Below, piece by piece: positions 18,115-28,433 of a stretch of 64,000 nt of DNA; the stretch's first letter is position 1; every line of letters starts with the position of its first letter. Source of the stretch: a bacterium. GTDB taxonomy: Bacteria; Patescibacteriota; Microgenomatia; Daviesbacterales; UBA10151. The stretch is from NCBI GenBank assembly GCA_021790255.1, contig JAJYIE010000003.1:68-64067 (forward strand), written 5' to 3'. The position numbers were made by a program, and so were the translations under genes. The notes beneath the pieces were generated by a model. It was not told where the DNA came from, searched no databases, and saw nothing but the letters and a program-made list of their open reading frames with translations.

Positions 18115-19164
18115 TTGAGCCTCATGAAAGCTTTTGATAGCCTGATCAGCAAGAGCAACGCTATTTTAATTATTGCCTCACGTCCTTTGGACTTTGACAG
18201 TTTAGGCAGCGGCCTGATCCTCAAAAAATATCTTGAGTCTTTGGGGAAAAAAGTGAAGTTAGTTTATCCGGAAACTTTAACCGGATATAGCCGGGAAGTC
18301 TACGGCTTTTTGCCTTTTTTCAAAGAAATTATCTTCGGAGACAGCCGGGAAATATTAAAACACCCGGACGGCCTGTTAATTTTATTGGACGGGACTTCTT
18401 TGGTCCAATTTTATGATGCTTTTCAAGACCCGTCTAATCCGCCCGATTTCAAGATCTGGCCAGAGCGGCTTAGGATCGATCATCATCTCCAAAAACCGGA
18501 AAAGCTGGAAACCCGGCTGATCCGCGATCCGCAGGCCAGTTCAACTACCGAAATCATCCTTCACCGAATTATCCCGCCCGGATTTATCAATCAACAAATC
18601 GCGACCATAGGTTATGCTGCCTTGGCTGGGGATACAGGTAATTTTTGCTGGAATTTCACTGCCAGCACGCTCAAACTGGCTTCGGTACTGGTGGCAAAAG
18701 ACGCGGATAAACTGACCATTATTAACCGTTTGTTCTATTTTAAGTCTGCTAACTATTTTAAGCTGGTTAAGCTGGTAATTGATAATGTTGAGTTTGACCC
18801 GAAGCTCAAAACAGTCTTTTTGACCATACCCTACCGGAAACTGAAGACATGGAATTTAAGTGAGGAGGACTATAGGGAGATGCGGTTGACCTTTTTAGAA
18901 GAACTCGGCCGCAAAGTTCGGGGATTCGACCGCTATGTCGCTCTTTTAGAAAAAGACCCCGGACATATTCACGTCAGCGCCAGGGGAAACAATCTCAATA
19001 ATAAAATAAATTTGCCTAAAATGTTTATGGAAGTTGGCGGCAACGGTGGTGGCCACTTCAATGCCTTAGGCTTTGAAGTTGAAGGAAATTTGGGGGAGGT
19101 TAAAGCGAGAGTGAAAAAGCTGATCGGCGAATATTTGCTTCCTAAACCGCAGTCCTTAAGGTAA
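18115..19164 (+). CDS. DHH/DHHA1 phosphoesterase (NrnA-like oligoribonuclease/pAp phosphatase)
   Basis: DHH motif (RIDHHLQ) and DHHA1-like C-terminus with GGGH. Confidence 0.7.
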   Translation: MSLMKAFDSLISKSNAILIIASRPLDFDSLGSGLILKKYLESLGKKVKLVYPETLTGYSREVYGFLPFFKEIIFGDSREILKHPDGLLILLDGTSLVQFYDAFQDPSNPPDFKIWPERLRIDHHLQKPEKLETRLIRDPQASSTTEIILHRIIPPGFINQQIATIGYAALAGDTGNFCWNFTASTLKLASVLVAKDADKLTIINRLFYFKSANYFKLVKLVIDNVEFDPKLKTVFLTIPYRKLKTWNLSEEDYREMRLTFLEELGRKVRGFDRYVALLEKDPGHIHVSARGNNLNNKINLPKMFMEVGGNGGGHFNALGFEVEGNLGEVKARVKKLIGEYLLPKPQSLR

Positions 19165-19378
19165 CACCAGAAGTGGCTGCAGGTCTTCATGAACAAATCC
19201 AATACCTGGATCATCAGCAAGCTGAATATCCAAATCATGAATCTCTCTGATCCCATGGGTACCCAAAGGGCCGGGACCAACGATCACATAGCCGTCATTG
19301 GGCAGCCTAAGGGTGTCCAGCTTTGTCAGTAAAACTCTCGTGGCTCATTTATTGCTAAATTGTAGCATAAAAACCCTC

Positions 19379-19415
19379 TTGACATGGGTTAGCAGTCGTG
19401 ATAAGTTATTGCTAA
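19379..19415 (+). promoter_or_regulatory. sigma-A-like promoter (TTGACA ... TAAGTT) overlapped by a CIRCE-like HrcA operator (TTAGCAGTC-N9-TATTGCTAA)
   Basis: Imperfect inverted repeat matching the CIRCE consensus TTAGCACTC-N9-GAGTGCTAA, directly upstream of hrcA. Confidence 0.55.
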
Positions 19416-19427
19416 CCAGTTATTTAT

Positions 19428-20153
19428 ATGAACTTAAGCGACCGGCAAAGGCAGCTTCTAAAAGCCATCATTGAACTCTACGTTAAAACCGGTGAACCGG
19501 TTTCCTCTGAGCTGATTGAAAAAAGCTACAATCTAGGAGTATCTCCCGCTACTATCCGCAACGAAATGGTCCGCTTAACTGATGCCCAGTTTTTAAAGCA
19601 GCCTCATACCAGCGCCGGCCGGGTACCGACAGCCATGGGCTTTCGTGTGTATATTTCCGAGCTGATGCAGGAAAAAGAGCTGCCGGTGGTGGATGAGGTA
19701 GCTATACGCCAGCAGCTTCTGGATGCCCGCAACCAATATTCCCGCCTGGTTCAGGCAGCTACAAGAGCTTTGGCCAAAAAGTGCGGCATGCTGGCAGTAG
19801 CCATGAGAGATGGGGATATTTACTATACAGGCGCCGCCAATATTTTGGATCTGCCGGAGTTTTATGATATTGATGTAACCCGTTTTGTGCTGTCAATGTT
19901 TGATGAGGCAACTATTCTTGAGCAGCTGATTGACAAGGCTCAAGGGCCTGGTTCGCTGCACATCATTTTTGGTGAAGAAACAGGTTTTGAATATCTGCGC
20001 CCGACCAGTTTCGCTTTTGTTAACTTCCCGACCAATGAAAGTCAACAGGGAGTGATCGGGGTAATCGGCCCCAACAGGTTAAACTTCCCGGTGGTTTTTC
20101 CGTATCTTCGCTATGTCGGGGAGATCTTGGCGGAAGCAGAGAGGATAGTATAG
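19428..20153 (+). CDS. hrcA: heat-inducible transcription repressor HrcA (short form)
   Basis: N-terminal winged-helix RQRQLLKAIIELYVKTGEPVSSELI. First gene of the hrcA-grpE-dnaK operon. Confidence 0.8.
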   Translation: MNLSDRQRQLLKAIIELYVKTGEPVSSELIEKSYNLGVSPATIRNEMVRLTDAQFLKQPHTSAGRVPTAMGFRVYISELMQEKELPVVDEVAIRQQLLDARNQYSRLVQAATRALAKKCGMLAVAMRDGDIYYTGAANILDLPEFYDIDVTRFVLSMFDEATILEQLIDKAQGPGSLHIIFGEETGFEYLRPTSFAFVNFPTNESQQGVIGVIGPNRLNFPVVFPYLRYVGEILAEAERIV

Positions 20154-20157
20154 GATT

Positions 20158-20661
20158 ATGGCTGATAAAGACGAAGTTGGCCAGCTGAAGGAGCAGATGG
20201 GGTCACTGGAAGACCAGCTGAAACGGGCGGTGGCCGACTACCGCAATTTGGAAAAGCGGATCGCTGAGGATAACCAGGCAGCCGGCGATTTTGTCAAAGG
20301 GCGGCTGGTGGGTAGGATTTTGCCAGTACTGGATTCTCTGGACCAGGCTGTAGAGGGGGCTAGCCAGTCGGAGACACAATCCTCCTGGCTTAAAGGAGTG
20401 CTGATGTCAGTCAAACAGCTACGTCAGGTTCTTTCCGATGAGGGGCTTGCGGAAATTGAAGTTGGGGATAAGTTTGACCCAAATTTGCAGGAGGCAGTTG
20501 ACGTAAGGGAGGGAGAAGATGATAAAATTTTAGAAGTGGTCCAGCAGGGTTACTTGTTGGGAGGCCGGGTACTCCGGCCGGCTAAAGTGGTGGTAGGCAA
20601 GGGCCAGCCGGTGCAGATGTCGGAAGAAGCAAGGGAAAAAGTCGAAACGGAGGAGGCATAA
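20158..20661 (+). CDS. grpE: nucleotide exchange factor GrpE
   Basis: Coiled-coil N-terminus and GrpE C-terminal domain. Confidence 0.9.
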   Translation: MADKDEVGQLKEQMGSLEDQLKRAVADYRNLEKRIAEDNQAAGDFVKGRLVGRILPVLDSLDQAVEGASQSETQSSWLKGVLMSVKQLRQVLSDEGLAEIEVGDKFDPNLQEAVDVREGEDDKILEVVQQGYLLGGRVLRPAKVVVGKGQPVQMSEEAREKVETEEA

Positions 20662-20712
20662 AGAGGCATAGCTGACATGGAGTAGACCATTCGTCGCTAC
20701 GCTCCTCAGGAT

Positions 20713-20747
20713 GACAAGCAAATTTAGGGAATTGTAATTTGCTTGTC
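20713..20747 (+). promoter_or_regulatory. perfect 12-bp inverted repeat GACAAGCAAATT-N11-AATTTGCTTGTC in the grpE-dnaK spacer
   Basis: Seen directly. Ends 13 nt before the likely dnaK ATG at 20761. Distinct from CIRCE. Confidence 0.35.
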
Positions 20748-22719
20748 AAATGAACAAAGTATGGCAAAGATTGTTGGAATTGATCTTGGTACTACAAATA
20801 GTGTGGTGGCGGTCATGGAGGCTGGTAAGCCGAAAGTCATCCACTCTGCTGAGGGGGAAAATGTTATTCCCTCAGTGGTTAACCCGGTTAAAAATATCGT
20901 TGGCCGGGTAGCCAAACGGCAGGCAGTGGTTAACCCTAAAGAAACTATTTTCTCCATCAAGAGGTTGATGGGCCGCAAATTTACCGATCCTGAGGTGCAA
21001 AGAGATATTAAGTGGCTCCCCTATACTATTAAAGAAGGTAAAAATGGTATGGCAGTGGTAGAAGTCGAGGGTCACGAATACACCCCGCAGGAAATCTCGG
21101 CAATGATTTTGCAGAAAATGAAGACCGATGCCGAGTCTTACCTTGGTGAAAAGGTGACCGACGCGGTGATCACAGTCCCTGCTTACTTTGACGATGCCCA
21201 AAGGCAGGCTACCAAGCAGGCCGGGGAAATTGCCGGGTTAAACGTGCAGCGGATCATAAATGAGCCAACGGCTGCGGCATTGGCTTACGGGTTGGATAAA
21301 GCCAAGGCAGAAACAATTGCCGTTTATGATTTGGGCGGCGGCACTTTTGATATTTCTATTTTGGAGCTCGGTGAGGGCGTTTTTGAGGTCAAATCTACTA
21401 ACGGAGATACACACCTTGGCGGGGATGATTTTGACCAGCTGATTATTGACTGGCTGGTGGAGGAGTTTAAAAAGGAGCAGGGAATTGATCTTAAAACTGA
21501 CCGTCAAGCACTGCAGCGCCTGCGGGATGGGGCGGAAAAGGCCAAGATTGAACTTTCGTCCTCTATGGAAGCAGATATTTCCCTTCCGTTTATCACTGCG
21601 GACCAATCCGGCCCCAAACACCTGGAGATAAAACTGTCCCGGGCTAAGCTGGAATCCCTAGTGAGTGAACTAATTGAGAAAACATTTACTGCTGTGAAAT
21701 CTGCCTTAAAGGACGCAGGCAAAGAGGCCAAGGATATTGACGAGGTAGTGCTGGTAGGTGGTATGACCCGCATGCCGGCAGTACAAAAAGCGGTCCAGGA
21801 TTTCTTCGGTAAAGAACCACACAAAGGGATTAACCCGGATGAGGTGGTGGCAATCGGGGCGGCCATCCAGGCAGGAGTTTTGGGCGGCGAGGTCAAAGAT
21901 ATCCTGCTTTTGGATGTTACTCCCCTGACTCTGGGTATTGAAACCATGGGTGGAGTAAGGACGCCGCTTATTACCCGCAACACCACCATACCAACCTCTA
22001 AGGCAGAGATCTTCTCTACCGCTGCTGATAACCAGACTCAGGTTGAGGTCAATGTACTGCAGGGCGAGCGGGAGATGGCTGCCGACAACAAGTCTTTGGG
22101 CAGGTTCATCTTGGACGGCATTCCGCCGGCGCCGCGGGGTGTGCCGCAGATTGAGGTGACCTTTGATATTGATGCCAGTGGCATTTTGAATGTTTCTGCC
22201 AAGGATAAAGCTACGGGTAAAGAGCAGAAAATTACCATTACCGGCTCCACCGGATTGTCAAAAGAAGAGGCGGAAAGGCTGGCTAAGGAAGCCCAGGCTC
22301 ATGCTGAAGAAGATAGGCAGAAGAAAGAGGAAATTGAAACAAAGAATCAGGCTGACTCCTTGATCTACACTACCGAGCGCTCAATTAAAGACGCCGGAGA
22401 TAAAATGCCGGCGGGAACTAAGGCTGCTCTGGAAAATAAGATTAAAGAATTACGGGAGGCGGTTTCCTCAGGTAGCAAGGACGAGATTAAGAGCAAATCA
22501 GAGAGCCTGTCTGACGCCTTGTCCAAATTCGGTTCTTCGATGTACGGTCAGCAAACTCAGGCTACTTCTCAGGAGCCGCCGATCAACCCGAATGAGGAGA
22601 TCCAACAGGAGGAGAAGGAGGGCCAGCCAGCCGATTCCGCAAACGAGGCTGTTGAGGGTGAGGTGGTGGAAGACAATCCGGGGAGTACCCAAGGCGAGGA
22701 CCAAGATGGAAGAAAATAA
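20743..22719 (+). CDS. dnaK: chaperone DnaK (Hsp70)
   Basis: [22 protein letters not shown] and full Hsp70 similarity. The ORF-track start 20743 is a TTG; the ATG at 20761 ([10 protein letters not shown]) is the more likely start. Confidence 0.95.
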   Translation: MSNEQSMAKIVGIDLGTTNSVVAVMEAGKPKVIHSAEGENVIPSVVNPVKNIVGRVAKRQAVVNPKETIFSIKRLMGRKFTDPEVQRDIKWLPYTIKEGKNGMAVVEVEGHEYTPQEISAMILQKMKTDAESYLGEKVTDAVITVPAYFDDAQRQATKQAGEIAGLNVQRIINEPTAAALAYGLDKAKAETIAVYDLGGGTFDISILELGEGVFEVKSTNGDTHLGGDDFDQLIIDWLVEEFKKEQGIDLKTDRQALQRLRDGAEKAKIELSSSMEADISLPFITADQSGPKHLEIKLSRAKLESLVSELIEKTFTAVKSALKDAGKEAKDIDEVVLVGGMTRMPAVQKAVQDFFGKEPHKGINPDEVVAIGAAIQAGVLGGEVKDILLLDVTPLTLGIETMGGVRTPLITRNTTIPTSKAEIFSTAADNQTQVEVNVLQGEREMAADNKSLGRFILDGIPPAPRGVPQIEVTFDIDASGILNVSAKDKATGKEQKITITGSTGLSKEEAERLAKEAQAHAEEDRQKKEEIETKNQADSLIYTTERSIKDAGDKMPAGTKAALENKIKELREAVSSGSKDEIKSKSESLSDALSKFGSSMYGQQTQATSQEPPINPNEEIQQEEKEGQPADSANEAVEGEVVEDNPGSTQGEDQDGRK

Positions 22720-22972
22720 GGGAGAAATGCTCAAACGAGCAGAAGAGATATTTTCCAGATTTCGCCAAACTGCTTCGAAGCAAACTATGGAAATGTATCA
22801 CCGGGGAACATTGTCTAAAGCGGATGGAGAGTTCGTGGCAAAAACACAGGATAGTGGGGATAAGCCAACTATTAGGGTTGAAGGGACTGGCGGCGAACCG
22901 GTGTTAATTTATCCGCGGACGAATACTCCTTGGGAAGAGATAGTAGGAACAAGACAAAGCCGAAAAAGATAA
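22706..22972 (+). CDS. hypothetical 88-aa protein overlapping the dnaK stop
   Basis: ATG at 22706 lies 14 nt before the dnaK stop (the track ORF 22592 starts inside dnaK). No family recognised. Confidence 0.25.
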   Translation: MEENKGEMLKRAEEIFSRFRQTASKQTMEMYHRGTLSKADGEFVAKTQDSGDKPTIRVEGTGGEPVLIYPRTNTPWEEIVGTRQSRKR

Positions 22973-23000
22973 CGGCATTATTGCAGGACCTGAATAAGTC

Positions 23001-23026
23001 GGCCTCGGGAGACCGGGGCCTTTTTT
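23001..23026 (+). terminator. putative Rho-independent terminator (GGCCTCGGGAGACCGGGGCC + T6)
   Basis: GC-rich hairpin followed by TTTTTT, downstream of the dnaK/small-ORF unit. Confidence 0.5.
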
Positions 23027-23032
23027 AAGACA

Positions 23033-23590
23033 ATGGCAAATTTGGTGATAAAAGACAAGGTTGTGGGTGTAGAAATTAAGCTGGTTACCAGAGCCGGGGT
23101 GTTTTCCAAACAGGGGATTGATAGTGGCAGCAGGCTGCTCATGGAAAAGATGCAAGTAACTGATGGGACAATGGTGGCAGATCTCGGGGCAGGAGCCGGC
23201 CTGGTGGGGATTGTGGCGGCAAAACTAAACCCGCACGGCCACATCCACTTTTTGGAAGATCATCTGCGCTCATATGAAACAGCCCGGGAAAATGTTGAGC
23301 TGAATGGTTTGAAAAACGCTGAGGTTTTCTTAAGTGATCTGTTCAGCGCAGTGCCGCAGCGCAGTTACCATCTGATTATTTCCAACCCTCCCCAGCATCT
23401 GGGCAATGAATTCTTAGAAGAGGCAGCCGGAGAGTGCCTGAAACACTTAAAACCCGGCGGGCAGGTGTATTGGGTAATGCAGAGTCATCTGGAGTCATTT
23501 ACTCAAACGCTATTTAAAAAAGTCTTCGGAGGCTATAAAATTATGGCGCACGGAAAGGAGCATGTAGTGGTGTCAGCGTATGGGAAGTAG
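23033..23590 (+). CDS. class I SAM methyltransferase, RsmC C-terminal-domain-like (rRNA m2G MTase small domain)
   Basis: [18 protein letters not shown], the SAM-binding motif [10 protein letters not shown], and IISNPPQH (NPPxH). Confidence 0.7.
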   Translation: MANLVIKDKVVGVEIKLVTRAGVFSKQGIDSGSRLLMEKMQVTDGTMVADLGAGAGLVGIVAAKLNPHGHIHFLEDHLRSYETARENVELNGLKNAEVFLSDLFSAVPQRSYHLIISNPPQHLGNEFLEEAAGECLKHLKPGGQVYWVMQSHLESFTQTLFKKVFGGYKIMAHGKEHVVVSAYGK

Positions 23591-23637
23591 CATATAGGGA
23601 GAGTCATCTTCCATTACCAAACCTCTACTCTAAAAAC

Positions 23638-24537
23638 ATGGCAACTAAACGAGACTATTACGAGGTGTTGGGCGTAAATAAGAATGCTTCTGAGGCGGAG
23701 ATTAAGTCTGCTTACCGTAAACTGGCCCGCCAGCATCATCCTGACATAGACAAAAGCTCGGGAGCAGCTGAAAAATTTAAGGAGATCTCCGAGGCTTATC
23801 AGGTGCTGTCCAACCCAGAAAAACGCAAAGCTTACGACCAGTTCGGCCACACTCCTTTTGAACCGGGTGCAGGCTATGGTGCTGGCGGCAGCCCATTTGG
23901 CGGTTTCCGGACTTACACCTATAGCGGCGGCGGCCCCCAGGTCGATTTCAACTTCGGTGGCTTTACTGACCCCTTTGACCTTTTTGAACAGATTTTCGGC
24001 ATGGGCGGAGAGCCGTTTGGCGGTTTCGGAGCGGCGTATCAGAGGCGGCCGACCTATCAAATGGAATTAAGTTTTGAGGAAGCAGCTTTTGGCACGACGA
24101 AGGAGGTTGAAATGGCTGACAGTCAGGGTAAAAGGAGGCGGATGTCTATCAAAATTCCAGCCGGGGTGGACAACGGCACAAGGATGCGTTTTGAGGGAGT
24201 GGATATCGTTTTCCGGGTCCGCCGCCATTTCCACTTTGTTCGTGAGGGGGCAAATGTCTTTTCGGATGCGATTTTGACTATCCCGCAGGTTGTGCTGGGG
24301 GATGTAATTGAGGTGCAAACCATGCATGGAACTGTTAAATTAAAAATTCCTGCCGGCACCGAACCGGGTTCCCTGATCCGCATTAAGGGTAAAGGTGTGC
24401 CGTACCTTCGCAGCAGTCAGGTTGGGGATCACTACGTCCGGGTGAAGCTGGAAATTCCCAAGAGAATTTCGGGTCGGGAAAAGGAACTTTATGAGCAGCT
24501 GGCCGGAGAAAAATCCAAGAAAAAGGGCTGGTTTTAA
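23638..24537 (+). CDS. dnaJ: J-domain co-chaperone, class B (DnaJ/CbpA-like, no CxxCxGxG zinc finger)
   Basis: J domain with HPD (DYYEVLGV...HHPD), Gly/Phe-rich linker, C-terminal substrate-binding domains. No zinc-finger repeats. Confidence 0.8.
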   Translation: MATKRDYYEVLGVNKNASEAEIKSAYRKLARQHHPDIDKSSGAAEKFKEISEAYQVLSNPEKRKAYDQFGHTPFEPGAGYGAGGSPFGGFRTYTYSGGGPQVDFNFGGFTDPFDLFEQIFGMGGEPFGGFGAAYQRRPTYQMELSFEEAAFGTTKEVEMADSQGKRRRMSIKIPAGVDNGTRMRFEGVDIVFRVRRHFHFVREGANVFSDAILTIPQVVLGDVIEVQTMHGTVKLKIPAGTEPGSLIRIKGKGVPYLRSSQVGDHYVRVKLEIPKRISGREKELYEQLAGEKSKKKGWF

Positions 24538-24917
24538 TAATCTGCCAGATTATCAGTTAATCTGAGCAGCTTTCCTGAAACCTGAGGGTAATATCTTTCA
24601 TTAGGAAGGCAAGCAACTTGGTTGGGAAACTGGAAAACCCATTTCTCCAATTTTTCATCAAAGACTGCTTCAAATGTTTGTCCGTTAAGGTGCGTAAGAC
24701 GGGTCAACCTTACCCATTGCGGATGTCCGGTTGCGCCTTGCCACTCTTTTGGGACGGCAACAATCTCTTTCACATTAAGACCTTCATTCCCGTAATGGGA
24801 ATATTCCTGCTGGTCAGCAAAACGAACAGTATCGCCTTCTTTAAATTCCATAGCGTGCGCTATTATAAGGAATTTGCTCCATCCGGTCAAATAAATTGAT
24901 TTCTTTAGTTTTAACAC
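24534..24917 (-). CDS. hypothetical protein
   Basis: ORF only. A downstream alternative start at MEFKEGD is possible. Confidence 0.35.
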   Translation of the reverse strand: MLKLKKSIYLTGWSKFLIIAHAMEFKEGDTVRFADQQEYSHYGNEGLNVKEIVAVPKEWQGATGHPQWVRLTRLTHLNGQTFEAVFDEKLEKWVFQFPNQVACLPNERYYPQVSGKLLRLTDNLADY

Positions 24918-24918
24918 T

Positions 24919-25480
24919 ATGCTGACTGCTATGACCGAAGAATTTAAAGCTGATTATTATGGGGCAGATCAACAGCAGTTTGTTAATCGGAATTAGCGGT
25001 TTTTGTTCATTCTGATGAAGCAATACTGGTAAACAGCGGTTCCTCAGCTGGCCGGCCCTCAATAGTGGCCCGGATGGTTGAAGCACTGTCCCGAAGCGGC
25101 CGGGAGAAAGTGTTGGATGTTGGCATGGCCTTAGGCTATCAGGCAGTAATATTGTCCGGCTGTAGTCGATGGGCTTACACCATAAAATATGATGCTGGGC
25201 TGGCGGCTGAAGCTACCAGGCGACTTGCTGGTTACCAGAATGTGACAGTCAAAGTGAGTGACGGTGCCCTTGCTGGCTGGAAGAAGCGCCGCTTGAACGA
25301 ATTATTTTAATAGCCAGGGTGCGGGATTTTCCGCAAAAGGCTATTGAAAAAGGTTTAGCAGAAGGAGAGTACTTTGCACATCTTGCCCAAAAAATGGGGA
25401 TAACTCCGGATTTGACACAAGCCCATGCCCTGCGGAGGCTGATAGTGCCGGATGAGATTTTGCGGGATGTAGGTATTTAA
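24919..25480 (+). pseudogene. pcm: protein-L-isoaspartate O-methyltransferase (pcm) pseudogene with at least 2 frameshifts and a degenerate SAM motif
   Basis: Three frames together reconstruct PCMT. First frame: MLTAMTEEFKADYYG... Second frame: ...SIVARMVEAL...KVLDVGMALGYQAVIL...DGALAGW. Third frame: APLERIILIA... Confidence 0.55.
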
Positions 25481-25579
25481 AACAAGGGATCTGATCAGAT
25501 CCTCGGTCGCAAGGTCGTGTGAGTGTACATCTTAATTCTTCGGCAGGCCAATTTAAAAAAAGAAGACTTTGAATAATAA

Positions 25580-26167
25580 TTACGCGTCAGGAGTAAATGC
25601 CAGGGCAACTGTTTGGTATCTGATCTCATGTAATTTCCACGGGCTGCGCACCCTGTTTCCCATCAAGTATTTAGCATCGTAAATTTTTAGAAGAGGCGAT
25701 CTTAGATTCGTTCGGTTACTTTCGACTTTGGCATTACAGGCTATGCCGATAAATCTTAAAGAAGCAGCGAGTGGCGGATGGTTTTTGGTAAGAGCTTTAA
25801 TGAGATTTATATCTGAAACATCAACGCTTTCTTTGGGAAAGACTTCAACTCTGTAGCCGGGTTCTTCGATTTTGCCGGAAGGATGAATTTTGCCAATTAG
25901 GTTGATGTTAGCCGTTTGCCCGTCTGCCTCTGCTTGTCCAAAAGCTGCCATGATATCGGGAGTGGGAGTGTATATTTTAGTAATTGTCCGGGCACTGCCA
26001 ACACCTAAAAAAAGAGGGCCTCCCTGGGTTAGAAGCTCTTTGTAGACTAAATTGCGTAGGGTTTTGGCGGCTTCCGAACTTACCATAACCTCGGGTGGTG
26101 AAGTCCTTTCTCCGAAATGCCAGTTAGCAAATCTCTCCGGTATAAATCTGCCGAAATCAGGTAACAT
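25580..26167 (-). CDS. hypothetical protein (195 aa)
   Basis: ORF with sensible codon usage. No family recognised. Confidence 0.5.
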   Translation of the reverse strand: MLPDFGRFIPERFANWHFGERTSPPEVMVSSEAAKTLRNLVYKELLTQGGPLFLGVGSARTITKIYTPTPDIMAAFGQAEADGQTANINLIGKIHPSGKIEEPGYRVEVFPKESVDVSDINLIKALTKNHPPLAASLRFIGIACNAKVESNRTNLRSPLLKIYDAKYLMGNRVRSPWKLHEIRYQTVALAFTPDA

Positions 26168-26254
26168 AAATATTCCCTTTCAGGACGATAATATACTACA
26201 AGTTTAGTTGAATGCCAACCGGACATTGAGTTAATGTTAATTTTCTTCAGGAAG

Positions 26255-27001
26255 CTACTTTTTTAGAAGTTGTTTTATCCCGGTCATGATTTCGGTGGGG
26301 ACAGTGAAGACGATAGTATTGCCTGTGTTGGCAGCAGCAGCTTCAATGGTTTGCAAAGTACGCAGGGAAATAGCACCGGAGGAGGCCATCATCTCCATGG
26401 CGGCCTTGAGGTTTTCCGAAGCGGTTTTTTCACCTTCTGCCCGGATAATGGTGGCCCGTTTCTCACGCTCAGCTTCCGCCTGTTTGGCCATCACCCGCTT
26501 CATGTCATCAGGCAGCTCCATGTCCTGCATCTTGATGGCGGTCACATCAACTCCCCACTCGTCAGTTTCCTTATCCACCAGCCGCTTGATTTGTTCGGCC
26601 AGCTTTTCCCGCTCAGTCAAAAGCGTGTCCAGGTCGACACCGCCGATGACATCCCGCAGGGCAGTTTGGGCGTACTGAGTGATGGCATAGGCATAATCCT
26701 GAATCTTTAAGACGGCATCCTCTGATTTGGTGACTCTGAAATAAACTACAGCATTGATACCTGCCGGAACATTGTCTTTGGTAATAACTTCCTGTTTTGG
26801 GATGTCCTGGGTTTGGATACGCATATCCACCCTGATCATCCGCTGGAAAATGGGGACAATGATTTTTAAACCCGGACCAACTGTATAAGAATAAGCACCC
26901 AGTGTTAAAACTACCCCACGCTCGTATTGGTTAATAATTTTTATGCCTGATAAAACAAGCAAAATCAGCAGGGCAAAAAGTATCCAGAAGAGCATTCCCA
27001 T
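26255..27001 (-). CDS. SPFH/band-7 (stomatin/prohibitin-like) membrane protein
   Basis: N-terminal TM plus an SPFH domain (QDIPKQEVITKDNVPAGINAVVYFRV...) and a coiled-coil C-terminus. Confidence 0.85.
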   Translation of the reverse strand: MGMLFWILFALLILLVLSGIKIINQYERGVVLTLGAYSYTVGPGLKIIVPIFQRMIRVDMRIQTQDIPKQEVITKDNVPAGINAVVYFRVTKSEDAVLKIQDYAYAITQYAQTALRDVIGGVDLDTLLTEREKLAEQIKRLVDKETDEWGVDVTAIKMQDMELPDDMKRVMAKQAEAEREKRATIIRAEGEKTASENLKAAMEMMASSGAISLRTLQTIEAAAANTGNTIVFTVPTEIMTGIKQLLKK

Positions 27002-27059
27002 AAGACCATACTAGCACTTTTTTATTGCGGCGAAAATGATTTATATTGCTACTGCTTTG

Positions 27060-27803
27060 TCAGTAAGTGTTCCACTTCTGGGCAATCGGAGCAGGTGTAG
27101 GATGTGACCGGACTTGTGTTTGTGGTCCCGTGAAGCGGTGCCCGGTTGTCAAAAGGATCCCGGCAATAATGAGAGCTATTTTAATATTTTGGTGATTTAA
27201 AGAAATATAAAAGCTTGGGTAATCATCTGACAGGCCAAAGAAATAAGCCATGGCTGCTTGGGTGACCCGGACGCTGTCCCGGATAAACTCAAATGTGGCT
27301 TCCGGGAAATCTCCGATAGATAAAACATTGTAGAAGGAGATAATATAGCCTAGGGCTGCTCCTACCGCGATCACCTCAACAAACACCAAGTAGGGAATAA
27401 GCAAAAGCAGACGGATAAGACCGCCTGCTAAAGGCACGGCAAAGAGCTTACTGGGGTGAGATGGGGTTTGCATATTAAACGAATAACTATCATCAATTTG
27501 GAAGTTGAAATAGGGGTATTTATCGGTCAAGCCGTAAAAATAGAGCCTCGTTTTAACTATTAGCCTCATCAGGCCAAGGTTATAACGGTAGCCAAACTGC
27601 CAATACTTGTCGGTGAAAAGAACGACAAAGGAACCGATCAGAAGGACAAAGACTAAACCAATGTAAAGAAAAATTAATTCCAGGTATACAGGAATGAGCA
27701 GAATAATTTTGGCTAAAAATCCGATTAGAGGAAAAGCATAAAATTTATTGGGGTTTTTGATATTCACGATTTCCAGCGCTGGGTAAAGGTTGCCTTTTTC
27801 CAT
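27060..27803 (-). CDS. polytopic membrane protein with tandem DUF4389-like repeats
   Basis: Two repeats each containing the FYGLTDKYP(Y/S)F motif flanked by TM helices. AT-rich. Confidence 0.5.
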   Translation of the reverse strand: MEKGNLYPALEIVNIKNPNKFYAFPLIGFLAKIILLIPVYLELIFLYIGLVFVLLIGSFVVLFTDKYWQFGYRYNLGLMRLIVKTRLYFYGLTDKYPYFNFQIDDSYSFNMQTPSHPSKLFAVPLAGGLIRLLLLIPYLVFVEVIAVGAALGYIISFYNVLSIGDFPEATFEFIRDSVRVTQAAMAYFFGLSDDYPSFYISLNHQNIKIALIIAGILLTTGHRFTGPQTQVRSHPTPAPIAQKWNTY

Positions 27804-27869
27804 ATCTTTTTGTACCTATGTCTACAATACGATATCTTGCCTCACCAGTCAATGAACTACCATACGGTT

Positions 27870-28433
27870 TTAAGGCCAAGGTTGGCCATCCAACAGGATT
27901 TTTTTCAAAGCAGCATTACCCTCTGTATCCACAGAAACTACCGCCATAGCTTTTTTGTCGCGCAGGTTGAGATTTTGCCCTTTCCCCTGCGGGATAAAGT
28001 AATTTTCTGTCCCGTATACTATCTGCAGTGTCGGATTGGTGGAATAATAATTAGCCGGCCAGCCGGAGCTTTCCGGCGCACCGGAGACAACTTTTCCCTT
28101 CAGAAAAATCGTATTATCCCCCTCGGGTTTTTTTGTCTGGACACTTTTTGCCGACCAGTACCCGCCGTCTTCTTTTAGGATTACATACACCGTTTCACCG
28201 TTTTTTGTGTTGATAACCCCTAAGGTATATGGGCTGATAGCTGAAAGGTCGGTATAACGGAAAGCAAGATAGTCTCCCCGAAGGGGGCTTGTGGGATCAA
28301 CAGGTTCGATCCTTAAAGTAATCTCTGTGCCCCCGGTTAAAATAACCACTTTAAGTAAAATAATGGTCAAAATTACTGCAACCTGGAAGGCGACTGCCAA
28401 AACAAACTTGTTAAATTTGCTGAGGTTTTTCAT
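27870..28433 (-). CDS. GDYXXLXY-domain membrane-anchored protein
   Basis: N-terminal TM, then GDYLAFRY. The three ORFs 27870..30283 (minus strand) overlap start-to-stop with no intergenic gaps. Confidence 0.5.
   Translation of the reverse strand: MKNLSKFNKFVLAVAFQVAVILTIILLKVVILTGGTEITLRIEPVDPTSPLRGDYLAFRYTDLSAISPYTLGVINTKNGETVYVILKEDGGYWSAKSVQTKKPEGDNTIFLKGKVVSGAPESSGWPANYYSTNPTLQIVYGTENYFIPQGKGQNLNLRDKKAMAVVSVDTEGNAALKKILLDGQPWP

Noticed and set aside
19165-19345. Minus-strand open frame reading ...LDTLRLPNDGYVIVGPGPLGTHGIREIHDLD...
   Set aside because: It has no start codon, overlaps the nrnA 3' end and the hrcA promoter region, and resembles no family. It is possibly an old remnant, but the evidence is insufficient.
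22592-22705. Track ORF start at 22592 ([10 protein letters not shown]...) inside dnaK
   Set aside because: The Arg-rich N-terminal extension is translated from the dnaK coding region in another frame. The plausible start is the ATG at 22706.
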